Origin: Schmidtea polychroa
Lineage: Eukaryota
DNA: 64,000 bases
Direction of reading: 5' to 3'
Assembly: GCA_044892525.1 (NCBI GenBank)
Contig: CM097886.1
Span: forward strand, 132,556,001 to 132,620,000
Positions 36,559 to 50,592 of the stretch are shown piece after piece. Under the pieces are notes generated by a model. That model had not been told where the DNA came from. It saw nothing but the letters and a program-made list of their open reading frames with translations, and made no database searches. A program made the translations under genes and the position numbers. Every line of letters starts with the position of its first letter. The first letter of the stretch is position 1.

Positions 36559-37042
36559 TATATATATTGTTACAATAAGCTGCTACAACCTTTGTTAGTT
36601 CCAATTCCTCACTAATAACTGGAAATTCTTCATATTCCTTTAGGACAGTGACTCCAAAATGGATTCCCACGGAAGCCCAGGGTTCCATGAGAAACTCAAG
36701 GGTTCCACGGGATAATGAGTTCTAATATTAGATATTGCCAATTTTAAAATTTCTTCAATAAATATTTTTGAATGCAATTCAAATTTTTAGTCCATTCGTC
36801 AAGTTTCATCAAATAAATTGCAACGTACGTTATTAATTTCAGTCAAATTCATCTAAAAATCGCGAAAGATTGGCCTTAACCCCTTAACGCGCACTGACGT
36901 ATATATACGTTCGCGCAAAACCGGACAAAATGTGCAGTGACGTGATAGTTTTTGAATAGTTTTAGTTTATTATTTTTCACCTAATAAATATTATTATTTT
37001 ATTGTTACATTATATTGTTATTTATTGAAATTGGTCCAAATA

Positions 37043-38522
37043 TATAGCATTTTCGCGTTAAATTAGACACTTTCCATTTTAAATTAGACACTTTCGAATT
37101 TGAATTGGACACTTTAAAAGTTAAATTGGACATTAGTTATAACACCCCTACTATTTAATATATGTGTTTTTATAGAAATACTTTATATACAGAACATAGC
37201 AACTAAATTCCCGCCCAAAAATATATAATCGTTTGAAATCATTAATCATGTCAAATGGCCGATATTATGAATTTTCAGACGAATCAAACATTGAAGAAAC
37301 TGAAATCGATGGTGCGGATGTGCATGAGAATCGCGAATCTCCTATAAAGAAATCGTATGCCAAATCCACCCGGGACGTTAAAATGGTGCTAATAAGCATG
37401 GTCACAGTGGGCGGGAAAACAATAAGGGAAGCAGCAGCTGCTTGCAGAATTAATGAGAGCACCGCGAGAACGATAATAAACAACTACAAGCGTAAAGGAA
37501 CTTTTATTGTAGGAAAAAGAGGTGGTAACAATAAAACAAAAATTACGGATAATATACTAGACCGAATTGAATTTTTTGTGGAGAGCCATAATCAAACTAC
37601 TTTAAAAATGATAAAAAACAAACTTAAAGCCGAAGGAGTGTCTTTATCAACCACGTCTGTGTCTAAATGTCTTGAGAAGCTTCGTATTACATGTAAAAAG
37701 GCTTCTCGTGAACTTGAACGAGTAAATTTACCAGAAACCATTGAAAAGAGACGACGATACGCATTGGATTTTGCCCGAAATGCTCCCGCGCTGAAAAAGA
37801 AATGCATTTTTATAGACGAATGTGGTTTTAATCTACATATTCGTCGAACTACCGCCCGCTCAAAAATTGGAACAAGTGCAAATATCGTGATGCCAACAGT
37901 GAGAGGTCGAAATGTAACTGTTATTGCAGCAATGAATTCAAACAAAATTATTCATAGCCGCATTGTTGACGACAGTACTTGTACAAGTTCAATATTCGGT
38001 GATTTTTTAATGGAGCTAATTGCGATTATTCAACGCGATGAGATTTACAATGGTACATGGATAGTTTTAGATAATGCTCAAATTCATAAAACTGATTATA
38101 TACGAAACATCTTTACCGATACCGGATTTGTATTGAAATTTCTCTCACCCTATTCATACATGCTGAATTCCATCGAAAATGCATGGAGTAAGTTGAAGAG
38201 TTTCGTCAAGAATATTTTATCATCGAATGTGGATAATGTAAATCTACGGGATATTATCTGTAATGGCTTGAACAATATTAACCCGGGTGATTGTTGTGGA
38301 TATGTTATGCATATGATGAATAACATTTCAAAAGCAGTGGCAGGAGAGCTATTTAAAATTTGAAAGATCATGTTTGATTAAAGTCGTCTTATTTGAAATA
38401 TAAATTCACGTCTTTTACAGTTTTATAACTAGTGTCCAATTTAACTTTTAAAATGTCCAATTCAAATTCGAAAGTGTCTAATTTAAAATGGAAAGTGTTT
38501 AATTTAACGCGAAAATGCTATA
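37043..38522 (+). mobile_element. Tc1/IS630-like transposon with about 100-bp TIRs
   Basis: 37043-37143 is inverted at 38422-38522, with internal aattagacacttt repeats; TA flanks. Confidence 0.9.
37233..38363 (+). CDS. Intact DDE_3 (Tc1/IS630) transposase (likely ATG 37248)
   Basis: FIDECGF, LDNAQIH, LSPYSYMLNSIENAWSKLK motifs; N-terminal HTH region; no stops. Confidence 0.92.
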   Translation: MKSLIMSNGRYYEFSDESNIEETEIDGADVHENRESPIKKSYAKSTRDVKMVLISMVTVGGKTIREAAAACRINESTARTIINNYKRKGTFIVGKRGGNNKTKITDNILDRIEFFVESHNQTTLKMIKNKLKAEGVSLSTTSVSKCLEKLRITCKKASRELERVNLPETIEKRRRYALDFARNAPALKKKCIFIDECGFNLHIRRTTARSKIGTSANIVMPTVRGRNVTVIAAMNSNKIIHSRIVDDSTCTSSIFGDFLMELIAIIQRDEIYNGTWIVLDNAQIHKTDYIRNIFTDTGFVLKFLSPYSYMLNSIENAWSKLKSFVKNILSSNVDNVNLRDIICNGLNNINPGDCCGYVMHMMNNISKAVAGELFKI

Positions 38523-38599
38523 TATTTTCTTAAAGAAAAAAAATTGATTTTTTTTGGTCGTTTTTTTTAAAATTGTGCGTTAAGGGGTTAATAATATTT

Positions 38600-38777
38600 T
38601 TATTAGAACATTTTTTTCCAATTTCACCACTGATTATTTTTTCCATTGAATTTATTAAAAAGAGTGCTTGAAGACTATAAATCAGTAATATAAAGGCAGT
38701 GCCGAAAATTTGTGAGTATCAAAAAAACATCGATATATTACTGATTTATAGTCTACAAGCTCTCTTTTTAATAAATT
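38600..38777 (-). repeat. Palindromic dispersed repeat, copy 1
   Basis: Arms aatttattaaaaagag..cttgaagactataaatcagtaatata; tail is the reverse complement of 40261-40310. Confidence 0.8.
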
Positions 38778-38970
38778 TATTAGAACAATTGAGATATAAC
38801 TGCATTAGGAGGTAAATCAACTTATCCGTAATTAAAGACACAGAAGTTATTTTTAATCTATTTCTCAATTAATCTATTTCCAATTCAATACTAAATTAAT
38901 ATTTATTCCTAGTTGTTTTTAATAAGTTAAAAATTATTTTTTGAATAAAATTTCAACAACAGGCTAAGAT

Positions 38971-39620
38971 GTGTTCCAATTAGCTAACGAAAACTTTAAA
39001 TCAATAAAGCTTCAATGGATGAATTGTGCCAGTGTTTGTACCGATAGAGCTCCCAGCATGTTAGGAAAAAACAAAGGAATCGCTACTCGCGTTATAGGAG
39101 TCAATCCGTTTGCCATGATTGTCCATTGCATGATACACAGAGATGCTTTGATGGTCAAAGTTTTACCTGAAAACCTCCAGTTCGTCATGAATTACGTGAT
39201 CAAAATAGATAATATTATTAAATCTAACGCACTTCTCTCACGAATATTTTTTGTCTTTTGTGAGGTAATGGATTAGAACTACCAGAATTTGCTTTTTTAG
39301 ACAAATGTGCGCTAGGTTTCAAAAAGGAAAGTGTTTCAACGCGTGTGCCACCTAAAGATGGAAATCATTTCATTCCTTGAAACTGAAAATCTGGTTTTAG
39401 AGTTCAATGTTCACAGCGAGCTGTGGTGGCTTAAAGTAGTATTTCTGTTTGACTTATTCGAAAACCTTAACATACTCAATAAAAGCCTTCAAGGACCTAA
39501 CGCGAATATTGTGACAGCAACTGGAAGACTCAAAGCATTCAAGAAAAAACTTGCTTTTTGGAAAACAAATTGGTGATCCACAACTTTGAAACATTCTCAA
39601 TGACTGAAAAACTCGACAAT
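38971..39620 (+). pseudogene. Buster/ZBED5-like hAT transposase remnant
   Basis: CTDRAPSMLG, HCMIHRDAL, LFENLNILNKSLQG; stops between fragments. Confidence 0.8.
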
Positions 39621-40095
39621 AAAAATTTTATTAATTTAACCATTGAACACAAAATGGAGTATTTTTGCTTGTTTTCAATATTTAGATATCTTTTGGTAAA
39701 AAATTACTAATTATTGAGAAAAAAATCTATATCCCTCTAGTTTTTTAGATGGAATTTTTTCAATAATTTTAGTCCTGGAGTTGGAAAATTTTTTTCTTGG
39801 AATAAGATGTTTAAATATTGAAAACAAACAAAAATACCCCATGATGTTCAAAGGTTAACTATATTTTCAAAAACAGGCCTTTCAACTGCTAAATGGTTCA
39901 ATTCTTGTTTCAATAAGCCACGCTTTCCAGAAATTCTAAAAACCCTTGAATTAACGGTTAACATAGTAATTCCTAATAATTTCTAAAACTTGTTCTGATA
40001 AGATGGTTTTCGTTATAACTTTAAAAGATAACCAATTCATGAATATATAAAATCTTAATTAATTGACAAAGTCAAAGTTCACACTTTAAAAATTT

Positions 40096-40312
40096 AATTT
40101 ATTAAAAAGAGAGCTTGAAGACTATAAATCAGTAATATATCGATGTTTGTTGATACTTACGAATTTTCGGCACTGCTTTTTTCAAGTGAAAATTTGTCAG
40201 TATCAAAAAACATCGATATATTACTGATTTATAGTCTTCAAGCTCTCTTTTTAATAAATTAAATGGAAAAAATAATCAGTGGTGAAATTGGAAAAAAAGT
40301 TCTTATAATATT
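40096..40312 (+). repeat. Palindromic dispersed repeat, copy 2
   Basis: Perfect 53-bp inverted arms 40096-40148 / 40208-40260, plus tail ...aatcagtggtgaaattggaaaaaaagttcttataatatt. Confidence 0.9.
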
Positions 40313-40334
40313 TTAAAAATTTACTTATTATCAT

Positions 40335-41009
40335 CAATGTTTCCTCTAAGCTGTGCGCATGTGCGTGCACACAACCTGTAACGCCAGTACACAACAATTT
40401 AGTGTGCGCAAAATAAATTAGGGGAAAATATTTATTATTTTTAAAGCTAAATCAGTTATGTAAGATTTTACAGTATGTCCATAAATTCTAATTATGTATA
40501 ATAAATCTAAATATCATTAATTTCAAATAGAGTATAGGAGAGTTACATAAATATTGTTAATTTGATAGACTACAGCACTTGCATATATCTTTCATTACAA
40601 GCTAACAGATGGTGCTGGACCTATCATGTTTCTTCACTTTTTAAACATTAGATAATATTTCCAGTCACATTAAATTATTTGTCTGTATCCTACAGACATT
40701 TCGTTTGCAATAAAATTTAATGATAAATATAAAGGTTCAGGGTTCAAATCCTGCTCCGGGACAAGTTAATGAAACATATTTATGTATTATTTATAGCAAA
40801 ATTGCCGTATCTTTTCACCAGACTTCAAAGCCCCTATATAAATTTTCTCCTTTTTAACTATCCTTATGCATTGCATGGCATACGCCATTTACTTTGGACT
40901 ATAAACTAATACATAATTTTTGGCTCATTCACTGTAACACAATTTCAAAAATTTTGCACACACAGAATTAGTAGCGCACAAGACAAACGAAAAATTAGAT
41001 AGAACATTG
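40335..41009. mobile_element. hAT-like MITE
   Basis: caatgtttcctcta ... tagatagaacattg imperfect TIRs; no matching TSD. Confidence 0.5.
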
Positions 41010-41043
41010 AAATATTTTATTTAAACAAAAAGTCAAACATTTT

Positions 41044-41752
41044 ATACACCCAATTCCGAAATTTAATAACTTCTATAATTCACGTTGGTGTGCATACCAG
41101 TTGAGGTGAGTCACCATTAACGTGATAATGAAGTTATTAAATTTCATTTATTCAATAATTTATTAGCAACAAAAATGGTTTTCAGGTAATTTTTTTAATT
41201 TCAAGAATATTTTAAGACTTGAATTTTGATTTTATATAATTATGAGATCATGTTCTTAAATATTACTGTTAGTCATCATTTATAATTTATCATTTATAAA
41301 TATATTAATAATTAAATTTCAGGTGTTTTTTAGGAAATTTATGATATTTTATGCATTAATATGGAATTATTTCGCTAAAATGTAAGTTAGATCTCGAAGG
41401 ACCTTCAATATTTGAAATGCTGCTTTCACACATACTATAAAATATTTTAATGTTTTGTAATTTAATGAATAAAACTTACATTGTATTTTCTTCTTTTTCC
41501 CTAAAGCTCAAGGTAGAGCTGTCGGAATCTAAATTAAAAGTATTTTCTTGCATTTTTTATTAATTTTAAAATAATTATATTTTAACAATATATGTTAACA
41601 ATATGTTAACAGTTATTTATTTCGGAACAAAAACCTATATAAGAATTTTGCATGCATTTTTCATTATGTGTTTTGTGTTGGTGTGTTCAGTTATTTTTCT
41701 CTCACCTTCACAAAACCTATAATAAAGTTATTAAATTTCGGAATTAGGTGTA
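41044..41752. mobile_element. Tc1/mariner-type MITE
   Basis: 26-bp TIR tacacc(c/t)aattccgaaatttaataac, 25/26 match, TA ends. Confidence 0.8.
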
Positions 41753-42179
41753 CTTAACAAAAACTGCTTCTCTATTTTTAAATTAAAAATCATTTTGAAC
41801 TTAGTTAAGATTTAGCAGATAAAAATTTATATTATTACACAATTTCGATACTAGGCAAATTATAAATATGTTAAGGCTTTCTACTAACGCAATCAAATAT
41901 CTGCTGCTAGATTTGACTCGTTGGACTGACAATCTTTCAATATATTATACAATTTTTATAATATTTTATACAATTATCTATAATATTAATGATATTTTTA
42001 TTTAGTTAAATTCTGGAACATTTGGGTCATAATATCAGCGATCGTCAGTTTAGTGTCAATTCTGATATTATTTGCATTAGCATTAGTAATCTGGTGCTGT
42101 ACTGACAAATAATACATTTTAGCTATTGTTTATGACAATTTCATTTAATATTCCAATTCACAGAGTCGTCTGTTATCGT

Positions 42180-42500
42180 TACCAAAAAAATCTACAATTT
42201 TGTCCATAAAGTCTTTTTTGTTGCAGTTCACTTTGTCTCTGTGTACGCTTAACGTGCAAAATCCAGACAGATGTTCATCTGACATTGTAGACCTAAGCCA
42301 TGTTTTTATACGACGTTTTAAACGATCGCACCACAGTAGATGTTGTTGCTGGTAATGTTAACAACACTAGTAAGGCATACCTGACACTCGGATAAAACTT
42401 TGTAAAAGGTAACCAGTCGATGAAATCTTGGCTACTTTTGTATTCTCGCGTTTTCCAAAAATCAAACCAACTCAAGCAGCGGTGTATTGCCAAATTCGTA
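42180..42500 (-). pseudogene. hAT dimerisation-domain remnant
   Basis: YPSVRYALLVLLTLPATTSTVVRSF and DEHLSGFCTLSVHRD. Confidence 0.7.
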
Positions 42501-44163
42501 ACAAAGAGCTTGTAGTTAGGAAGTCACCTTATGCCATATCGGTTTCAGATTGTGTGGAGTCATTAGTATTAGTATCATTGGTAGATGTTTTAGCTTGCTT
42601 GATTTTAAAATTAAAATCACTAAGAAAAAGTTGGTTGTTACGCTTCTATTCCTGAGGTTATTGTTTTATTATTATACTAATAAAAATAAAATTGACATTT
42701 TTTAAAATAGTAATTTGTTACTTGTATTAAACTTGTATATTTGAAAGTGTCAATTTTATTTTTATTAGAGCTGAATTTAGCTGTATTTTTGCCGAAAGGC
42801 TAAAGTGAAAAGTAATATTTATGCAATTTATATAAAAATTTGTAGAAACGGACATTTTTTAAAATAAAAAAATTTGATTTTTTTGAAATTAGTACTTGAT
42901 TTTAGCCTAAAATTGTTAGTCATATTTATTATTTTGAACTAATGGTTCGCATGAACCTGACCGAACCGGCTACAAACCCACTGCTGAGTTACTCAAGGCT
43001 TCAGTTTCAAAATTATCTATATGGCATATCTGATTATTTGTAAACATTTTATCCTTAAACTGTTGACGATTCAGTTTGCACAATTTCGATGGATGTAGCA
43101 ACGCTAAGTTAAATTGTGCACTGTTAGCTTCACAAAATCGACTTTGATGAACAATTTAACTGATGTGCAGCCTGTCGTGTATTTCCACTTGCATGCAATG
43201 AAAATTCTTCCAGTTGACAATAAATATCTTCAAATTTACTTGAAAAAATCCTGAAAAAAATGCTTTTATACTTGCTCGCCCATCTTGTTTCACACAGAAG
43301 AGGAATATTTGGAACACAGGACCTCCTGCTTGGGCTTTCACGAATAATGTAATAATTGCATTGATAGTACCAATAATATTGTTGAAGTTATAAAATAATT
43401 AAAAATTAAATTAAATTTGTAATGAAAAAAGTGCAAGACTAGTCAAAGAGATAAGTGACAATGCGAAGAAATAAAATGGGTAGAAAGGCTCGAGAAGGTG
43501 CATCAGTATATGGGAAAAGCACAAAAAGGTGAATTGAGGATAAAAGATTCATAAATTCGAATTAAAGTATAGAAAATTGGTCATGAGGGGAACAAGTAGC
43601 GAGGAATAACATGGTGAGTACTGAATTTTCAGAAAGTGCTAGGAAGAGTGCGAAGATGCGTAAAAGATGAAAAACAAGAAAATGAAATTAATTAATTAGC
43701 TAGTAGAAAGAAATCCCGAGTTGGGTAAACAAAGAGAAAAGTAAACAGAGCGAAATTTTAGGTACATTATCTTGTCACAATGATTAATGGGAGAAGACCA
43801 AGAAAAAGATAATGATTGCAGAAAGACCCGGGCGGGCAATTAATTATCTTTGTTCGTAAGACCATTCTTGGTGACAGCCGAAGCAGATATGTGGAGTCGA
43901 ATGTCAGGAAAGAGATTGGCTCGGCAATAACAATTTCTCATCCCGATTTCGAAGAGTATATAAAGAATGGGATAATCAGGGCAAATCGGCATTCTGCGTC
44001 AGCTAGGGACGCGAAGAAACCGAGCTTAGGCCAATCAGGAAGTTAGGGAAACGAACGGATAGAGTTAGGAGATATTCGAGACGTGAAAAGAAAATTGAAT
44101 TGGAAGCGAACCAAATCAAATAGTAAAAGTTCGATTAATAGGAGGCTAGTGGACAAAAGTGAA

Positions 44164-44395
44164 TACACTCATACCTCGCTTTACGGCCTAGATACGTTCC
44201 AGGAAAGTTGGCCGCAAAGCGAAACGCCGCATAACGAATCAAATATGATTTTGATACAATTTCATAAATTCAATAGGATTTTTGGCCGTATAACGAAACA
44301 TTTTAGGCCGTAAATCGAAAAAGTGCCGTAATTAAAGTAGGCCGTTATAGCGAAAAGCCGTATAAAGAGCAGCCGTATAGCGAGGTATGAGTGTA
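44164..44395. mobile_element. TA-flanked MITE (pogo/Tc1-type)
   Basis: TIR tacactcatacctcgct(t/a)tacggc at both ends; internal gccg.a..cga repeats. Confidence 0.88.
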
Positions 44396-44699
44396 TTAAT
44401 AAAGATTTTGACAAAGCATCAGCGCCGAGCGGAGAACCGATTAAACTTGCAAAACTTTGTCATTAATTGTATCTTTGGATTTTGACATATTTTTGTGATT
44501 CAAATATGACTTGGAGTCAGAGGTTAACGAGCTGAACTAATAAAACCCAACAGTATTTCGTATCACTGCAACATTATTAAGATTATTTACTACAAGATTG
44601 AGTGTATGCGAAGCACGTGAACAAAGGCAGCCTTAGGGTAAATATTTCGAATTTTTGCCTGGACACCATTTCCGGGCATTGTCAAGCACCCATCATAAC

Positions 44700-47370
44700 C
44701 TTGACCCAGCGATTATTAAGAAGAAAACCAAATGTTTTTTGAAAGGGAGAAACGACATTGATGTAGTGTTTTAGAAAGAATTATTGAAATAATAAAATAT
44801 CTGGCCTAATAAAATTTAGCTCTTTGAGGCTCGTCCGATATAATTTTTCAGAAAAACAATGATAATTTTTCAAATTAGTTGAGCTATTTTCTAAATTTCA
44901 AATTGTAATGGAAAACGATCTTGCGAAAATTCAGAACACACAAAAAGACACTTTCCATTATTTGGGAAAAAATATCCAAAATGAAATAATATCTTTAATT
45001 TCAAAAAATTGTGTGAATGATATTGTCCAGAGGGTAAGTAATGCCAAATATTTTTCGATAATATTGGATTGTACTCCTGATATAAGTCTCACTGAACAAA
45101 TAACTGTAATTATCAGATTTGTCCATAAAAATGAAATCAACCAAATTACCGTAGAAGAAAATTTCTTGGGTTTCGTAGATTTAAAAGATTCTAACGGCGA
45201 AGGTTTGTTCAGATGCATAATTGAAAACTAAAAGAATTAAATTTAAATATAAAACATTTACGTTGACAGGGATATGATAATGGTGCTGATATGTGCGGTA
45301 AGCACAGTGGTGTTCAAAGACGTATTTTGAATGAGAATCCACGAGCATTTTTTGTTCCATGTGCGGCTCACACCTTGAATTTAGTGGTCAGTGATGCGGC
45401 GAAAGTTGATACAGAATCTAGAGTTTTTTTGGCATTATACAAGGACTTTATAATTTTTTTAGTGCTTCAACAAAATGTTGGGATGTCTTAAAACAATTTG
45501 TTAAAGTTACTCTCAAACCTTTTAACGGATACTCGATGGGAATCAAGAATTGATGCACTTAACCCATTAAGAAACAATATTATTTCGATAGTTTACTTGC
45601 CATATAATGAGAATAATGACAATACTACAAAATCTGAAGCTAAATCTTTAGCAATGAAGCTTGACTAGGAATATATTTGTTCGCTAATAATATGTACGAG
45701 ATTTTAAGCAGAATTAATGTTGTGAACGAAATGTTTCAATTTTCAAGTACCAACCTAAATGAAACATCAAAATGTTTAAATAATTTAATAATTTTTTTTA
45801 AAGAATTCCGCGTATATGACAATTTTAACAATTTAATAAAAATATTTGGCAGAAGATGTAGATATTACGACGGCGTAAAAATGTATGTTTAATTACGAAT
45901 TACGTGATGTGAGGCCGAGAGACCCGGAACAGAATTATAAAATTTAATTATTTCTTCCAATTGTGGACAGTGCAATTAATTCATTAATAGAGACTCGAAC
46001 TTCTGAATAGCTATGTCGTAAAGTTTCAATTTTTTATGACTATTTTACAATATACCATCTGCGTACCCATGGTAACAACCATGTTGGTGATATAAAAAAT
46101 GGCTGAAAATCAATTAGCAAGTGCGGTTTTTATGCCATGTATTTCCGACTCATTAAAGCAAGCTCTCTGTCTTTGGTTCTAGCCCAACATCTGTTAATTA
46201 CAATTGATAATAAATAAATGTTTAATTTTAAATAATATACAATAATCAATATACTGTCTAATTTGTATTTGAGCTTTTTGATATATTTTTTATAAAGGGC
46301 GCTAAACAGAAACTTGCATCGGGTGCTAGTACCGCTAAAGTCGGTGCTGGTAATTATTTATTTATAATTCTAAATTATTGAACTCTAGCCTCTTCATGAC
46401 TATCTCTCATCCAACTCAACACCAACAATATCGTTGAAACATATTCGTCAGAATCAGGATTTTTTTGTTAGTTTGCCATAACGAGAAAAACCTTCAATAA
46501 CAGCATAAATAATGCTCCTGAAATTTGAATAACAATCACGTCATTTGATGATGAATTTTTAGAATATTAGATAATTTCACTGTAAAATCTTACCAAATAT
46601 GCAATTGTGTGCCGTCTAATTTTAAATACTTTATTTACTTTAATTTAAATATAATACCATAATTTTTCAAAGTCATCGTTTCTTAAAAATAACTTACCAT
46701 AAATTACCGTACAAAATACTTTCTCACTATAGTGATTCACATTGACACAAAATAAGATATCGGACCCTACAGCAAAGTCTTTTTATCTGTATTTTAAAAA
46801 TTAGTTTTTATTGTGAGTTTTTTGATTGAAAATTTTAAGTTTTTTAAAAATTACCTGAACTTTTTCATTTAAAAATAAAATTTAATGTTTTGATCGAGAA
46901 ATAATATTTTTTGTTTTTTCATTGAAAATTAATTTTTATGCTTTTAAAAGAGAAAAAAATTAAAAATTACATTAAAAAATTGAAACCCACCTCCCTTAAA
47001 AATTTAATGGTGAGGGAGATCATAAAAACCTTATTTTCAAGTTAAAAATCCCATTAATCTTTCCCTCTACTGCCATTCTATCGGAAGTGCAACAAGTCCC
47101 ATCGCACCTGGCCCTCAAATATTAAATACGTTAAAAAAATTACTCCAATAGTAAAACACATCATGAATTGAAAGAAAAACCAAGATGAAAATTCAAAAAC
47201 GATCGTTTTCAAAACTAAAATTAATTGAAAATTATCTACGGTCTACAATGTCACAGAAAAGACTTTCTGGATTAACAATACTGTCAATTGAAAATGCGAC
47301 AACCAGAACAATTGATTACAGTGATATAATTGTTGAATTTACCAGCAAGAGCTAGAAAAATTGCTTTATA
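44700..47370 (+). pseudogene. ZMYM1-like hAT transposase, fragmented and interrupted
   Basis: YFSIILDCTPDIS, YDNGADMCGKHSGVQ, CAAHTLNLV, DTRWESRIDAL; C-terminal RLSGLTILSIE near 47260. Confidence 0.8.
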
Positions 47371-48670
47371 ATTTCTTTGTATTATTTTTTTAAATAAATA
47401 TAAATAAAAATGAATGCAATAAAAAAATATTTTTTTCAATGTCTACACAGGGCCCTCAAAAGTTACAGCACAGCACAGTTTATAATGGCATTATGATGAA
47501 GATGGAAAATATTTTTATCGAAAAATATTTTAAAAGAAAAATTGAAATTTGTTTAAATAATAAACAAAAGACAAAGATAAGTTTTGAGTGTATAATTTAT
47601 TAAATAAAATTTATGAAATTATTTAGTGATTTGTAAACAGATATTAATGTTCAAACGGATGAGAATAGGAATAATTTGAAAAAGACTGGAAATGTCATTA
47701 AATTGTTAATTTGAATCTATTAAGGTACTTTCTAATCATGTTGCAGTTCATTTCAAAATTTAAAATCATCTCAAGTAATCGAGGAAACCAATCAACTCCC
47801 AATTAAGTTACACCTAAACCGATTTATTTGTAATTAGTTACGAATCCTAATAATACTGTATTTAAAGCAAAACAATTAATGGGCACCGTTATTAAATATA
47901 ATTATGGTGATATAAAAAATTTGTAGAAATAAAGCAAAATTAGTTTTCTTCGGAGATATTTCATGGACATATTCATGATAATCAGAGACAAACAATCAGC
48001 AATATTGATACAATTATTGGGTAAAAAATATTGAAGTATTAATGAACCAAGTTTTGCTGCACATGTAGATAAAGACGTAGTTAAAACCAAATATACTAAT
48101 ATTTGATTAGAAAAGAGGAGTAATTGATGTATCAGATATAACAACTAAAAATGTCGTTCATAAAATCAAATCCACAACGGATCACACTCATTTGGAACCC
48201 AGGAGAAAGAGCAATAAGAAAAAAATGATGTCAATAGTGATAATTATAATAGGCTTCACTGATAATCAAAAAATGTTAAAAATTCACAATATTTTTCATT
48301 TTGTCATATTTTAAATGGCAATTATAAACGTTTATTTCATTCTATTATTTCTCACTGGATATAATTTAATTGATCATTATAATTGATCAAGCTGCTTTTG
48401 TTCTGAATTGCTGATGTTAGCGCTAATGTATGTTAAACAGATGTTAAATATTTTATGTTTATTAACGCATATATGTTATATGTGGCTCAAAATCACATTC
48501 ACTCATTTTGTTTTCATTTGGCCTCTCGCATGCATCATAAAAAGATTTTACGTAATGATTACTGAACTCTTTATGATTCATGCGAGAAGCCAAATGAAGA
48601 CATTGAGACATCTTTCATTACGCCATGTACAGTCTTGTACTGATTTTGACCCACATATGACATATGCGCT

Positions 48671-49340
48671 CGTATTCCGACAATCCAGCAAGTACGACAA
48701 TTCGCCAAACGACAATCCGCCAAATGACAATCCGCCAACAGACAATCTGCCAACACTAAAAAATTGGCCAACGCTGAAATTTATAAAAAAAATATTTGTA
48801 GGTCATCATATTAAAATTAATTCACATGTACTTGTACAACAAATTTGCCTAAATAATCATTCAAATAAAAGCATTAAAATCAAATACCAGTACCTTTATG
48901 ATCAGTATCATTGCGACATGTTGAATGTCAGTAGTACTCCTGTGAGCAATACCCATAGGGGGTCAAAACATCTGGTCGGATAAACTCAGATTATATATAA
49001 TAAAACGAATTAACTCATTCAAATTTATCATTGAATCAGTCAAATTATCACAAATTTTGATAAAAAATCTTGTTTACCTCTCAGCCAGTTAAATTGTTTA
49101 AATATTTAATTAAAATTTTATATTAAACAATTACTAGTTGATTCTTATCTTTCAGCGGATAATTTATTATTAAAATTTTAAAAATATAATAAATTTAAAA
49201 TGTATGTATGTTAAAACAAAAATTTATCGACTTTTTGGCAGATTGTCGTTTGGCGGATTGTCGCTTTGAACTATTTGACGGATTGTCGTTTGGCGGATTG
49301 TCGCCAGCCTATTAATGATTTGGCGGATTGTCGTACAACC
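48671..49340. mobile_element. MULE-like MITE with 15-bp subterminal repeats and 9-10 bp TSD
   Basis: Arrays of acgacaatccgccaa (left) and ttggcggattgtcgt (right); (c)atatgcgct flanks at 48662-70 and 49341-49. Confidence 0.75.
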
Positions 49341-50592
49341 ATATGCGCTAATAAACATTTTGCCGTTGATAATTCTAATAGATTTACAAATATTTAATAT
49401 AAAATTTTATCATAATTATCTAATCTTATTCCAGATTTACAAGTTTATAATTATTTTGACATTAAAAATGATTTCAAGATAATTATACATTAGTGCAAAC
49501 GTCAGCAATTCAGAACAAAAGTAACTTGATCAATTAAATTATATCCAGTGAGAAATAATTGAATGTCAATGGAAAAAAAGTTCTTATTATATTTAAAATA
49601 CTTTTTAAAATAAAATTTAAAGAACGAATGAAATTCAAACTTGATAAAGGCCGAGCCGAAACATTGTGTCATTCTACAAAGTACAAAATCTATGTTCCTT
49701 AAAATTTCAAGATTTACAATTTTTGAATATGCTTCTTTAAGATAGGAATTTGATGAGTCTAAAATTGGAAGGAACGTTTCCACCTTTCTGTTAGGCTTAT
49801 ATTTAACAAAATCTATATAGGATTTTTTTCTGATTCAACTCATTCCCCAGTATCAAATCAACAAACTCCCATCAAAATATAGATTTATTAATATCAATTA
49901 AGGTTCTGCAAATATAGTAATTTTCAATTTTCTGTTTCTTTATACATCTTTCGTTTATTCATTGTCAATTTATTCTCTAAATTTTGAATTATAATTACTG
50001 TTAATTGATCTTTAGTTCCAATCTCTTTATGCTGATCTTCACTAATTGTCATTCAACCCAATCCCTGTTTTTAATATTTTATGACTTTCAATTTAAATTA
50101 TAAAAAATCATTCAACGCGTATGCGTAGGCTTAAGTTAAACTGTTGTAAAGTAAAATATAATCAATAGCTTAAAATAATTTCATTAAAAGTTGCTTATCA
50201 CTCATCATTCACATTCTTTAAATAGAAGAAAATGAAATCAATTCTTGTTATTAACATAATTCAAAACTGTTAGCTTGTAAAACGCATTTCAGTTGATGGC
50301 TGCTTATAAATCATCATTTACATTAGCAAAATCAAAAACAGTCTGGTTCAATATCGATTAAGATAAAACCAGCAGATAATTTCTTATATAATCACCAAAT
50401 ATATCTCAATTTATTAGAACTGATAAATAATTATCATACAATTAATTAAAATGGCTGACAAAATTTCCTAATTAATGTCAATATTTTAATCAATTAATAA
50501 TTCGACTAAACAAAAAGATTTAATAAAAATCTAAATAAATAAATAACAAAATAAGGATGTTAATGTTAATTAGAAAGTTGGAAAAGGATGTT

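Larger units (their letters stand above)
36880..38587. mobile_element. piggyBac-type non-autonomous element (host of the Tc1 insertion)
   Basis: TTAA|ccccttaacgc ... gcgttaagggg|TTAA (TTAA at 36876-79 and 38588-91). Confidence 0.75.

Noticed and set aside
47900-48260. GPCR-like TM fragments on minus
   Set aside because: Short, stop-interrupted and explainable by T-rich composition.
48408-48983. 191-aa ORF
   Set aside because: Runs across a MITE junction; DNPP repeats come from the 15-bp subterminal units.
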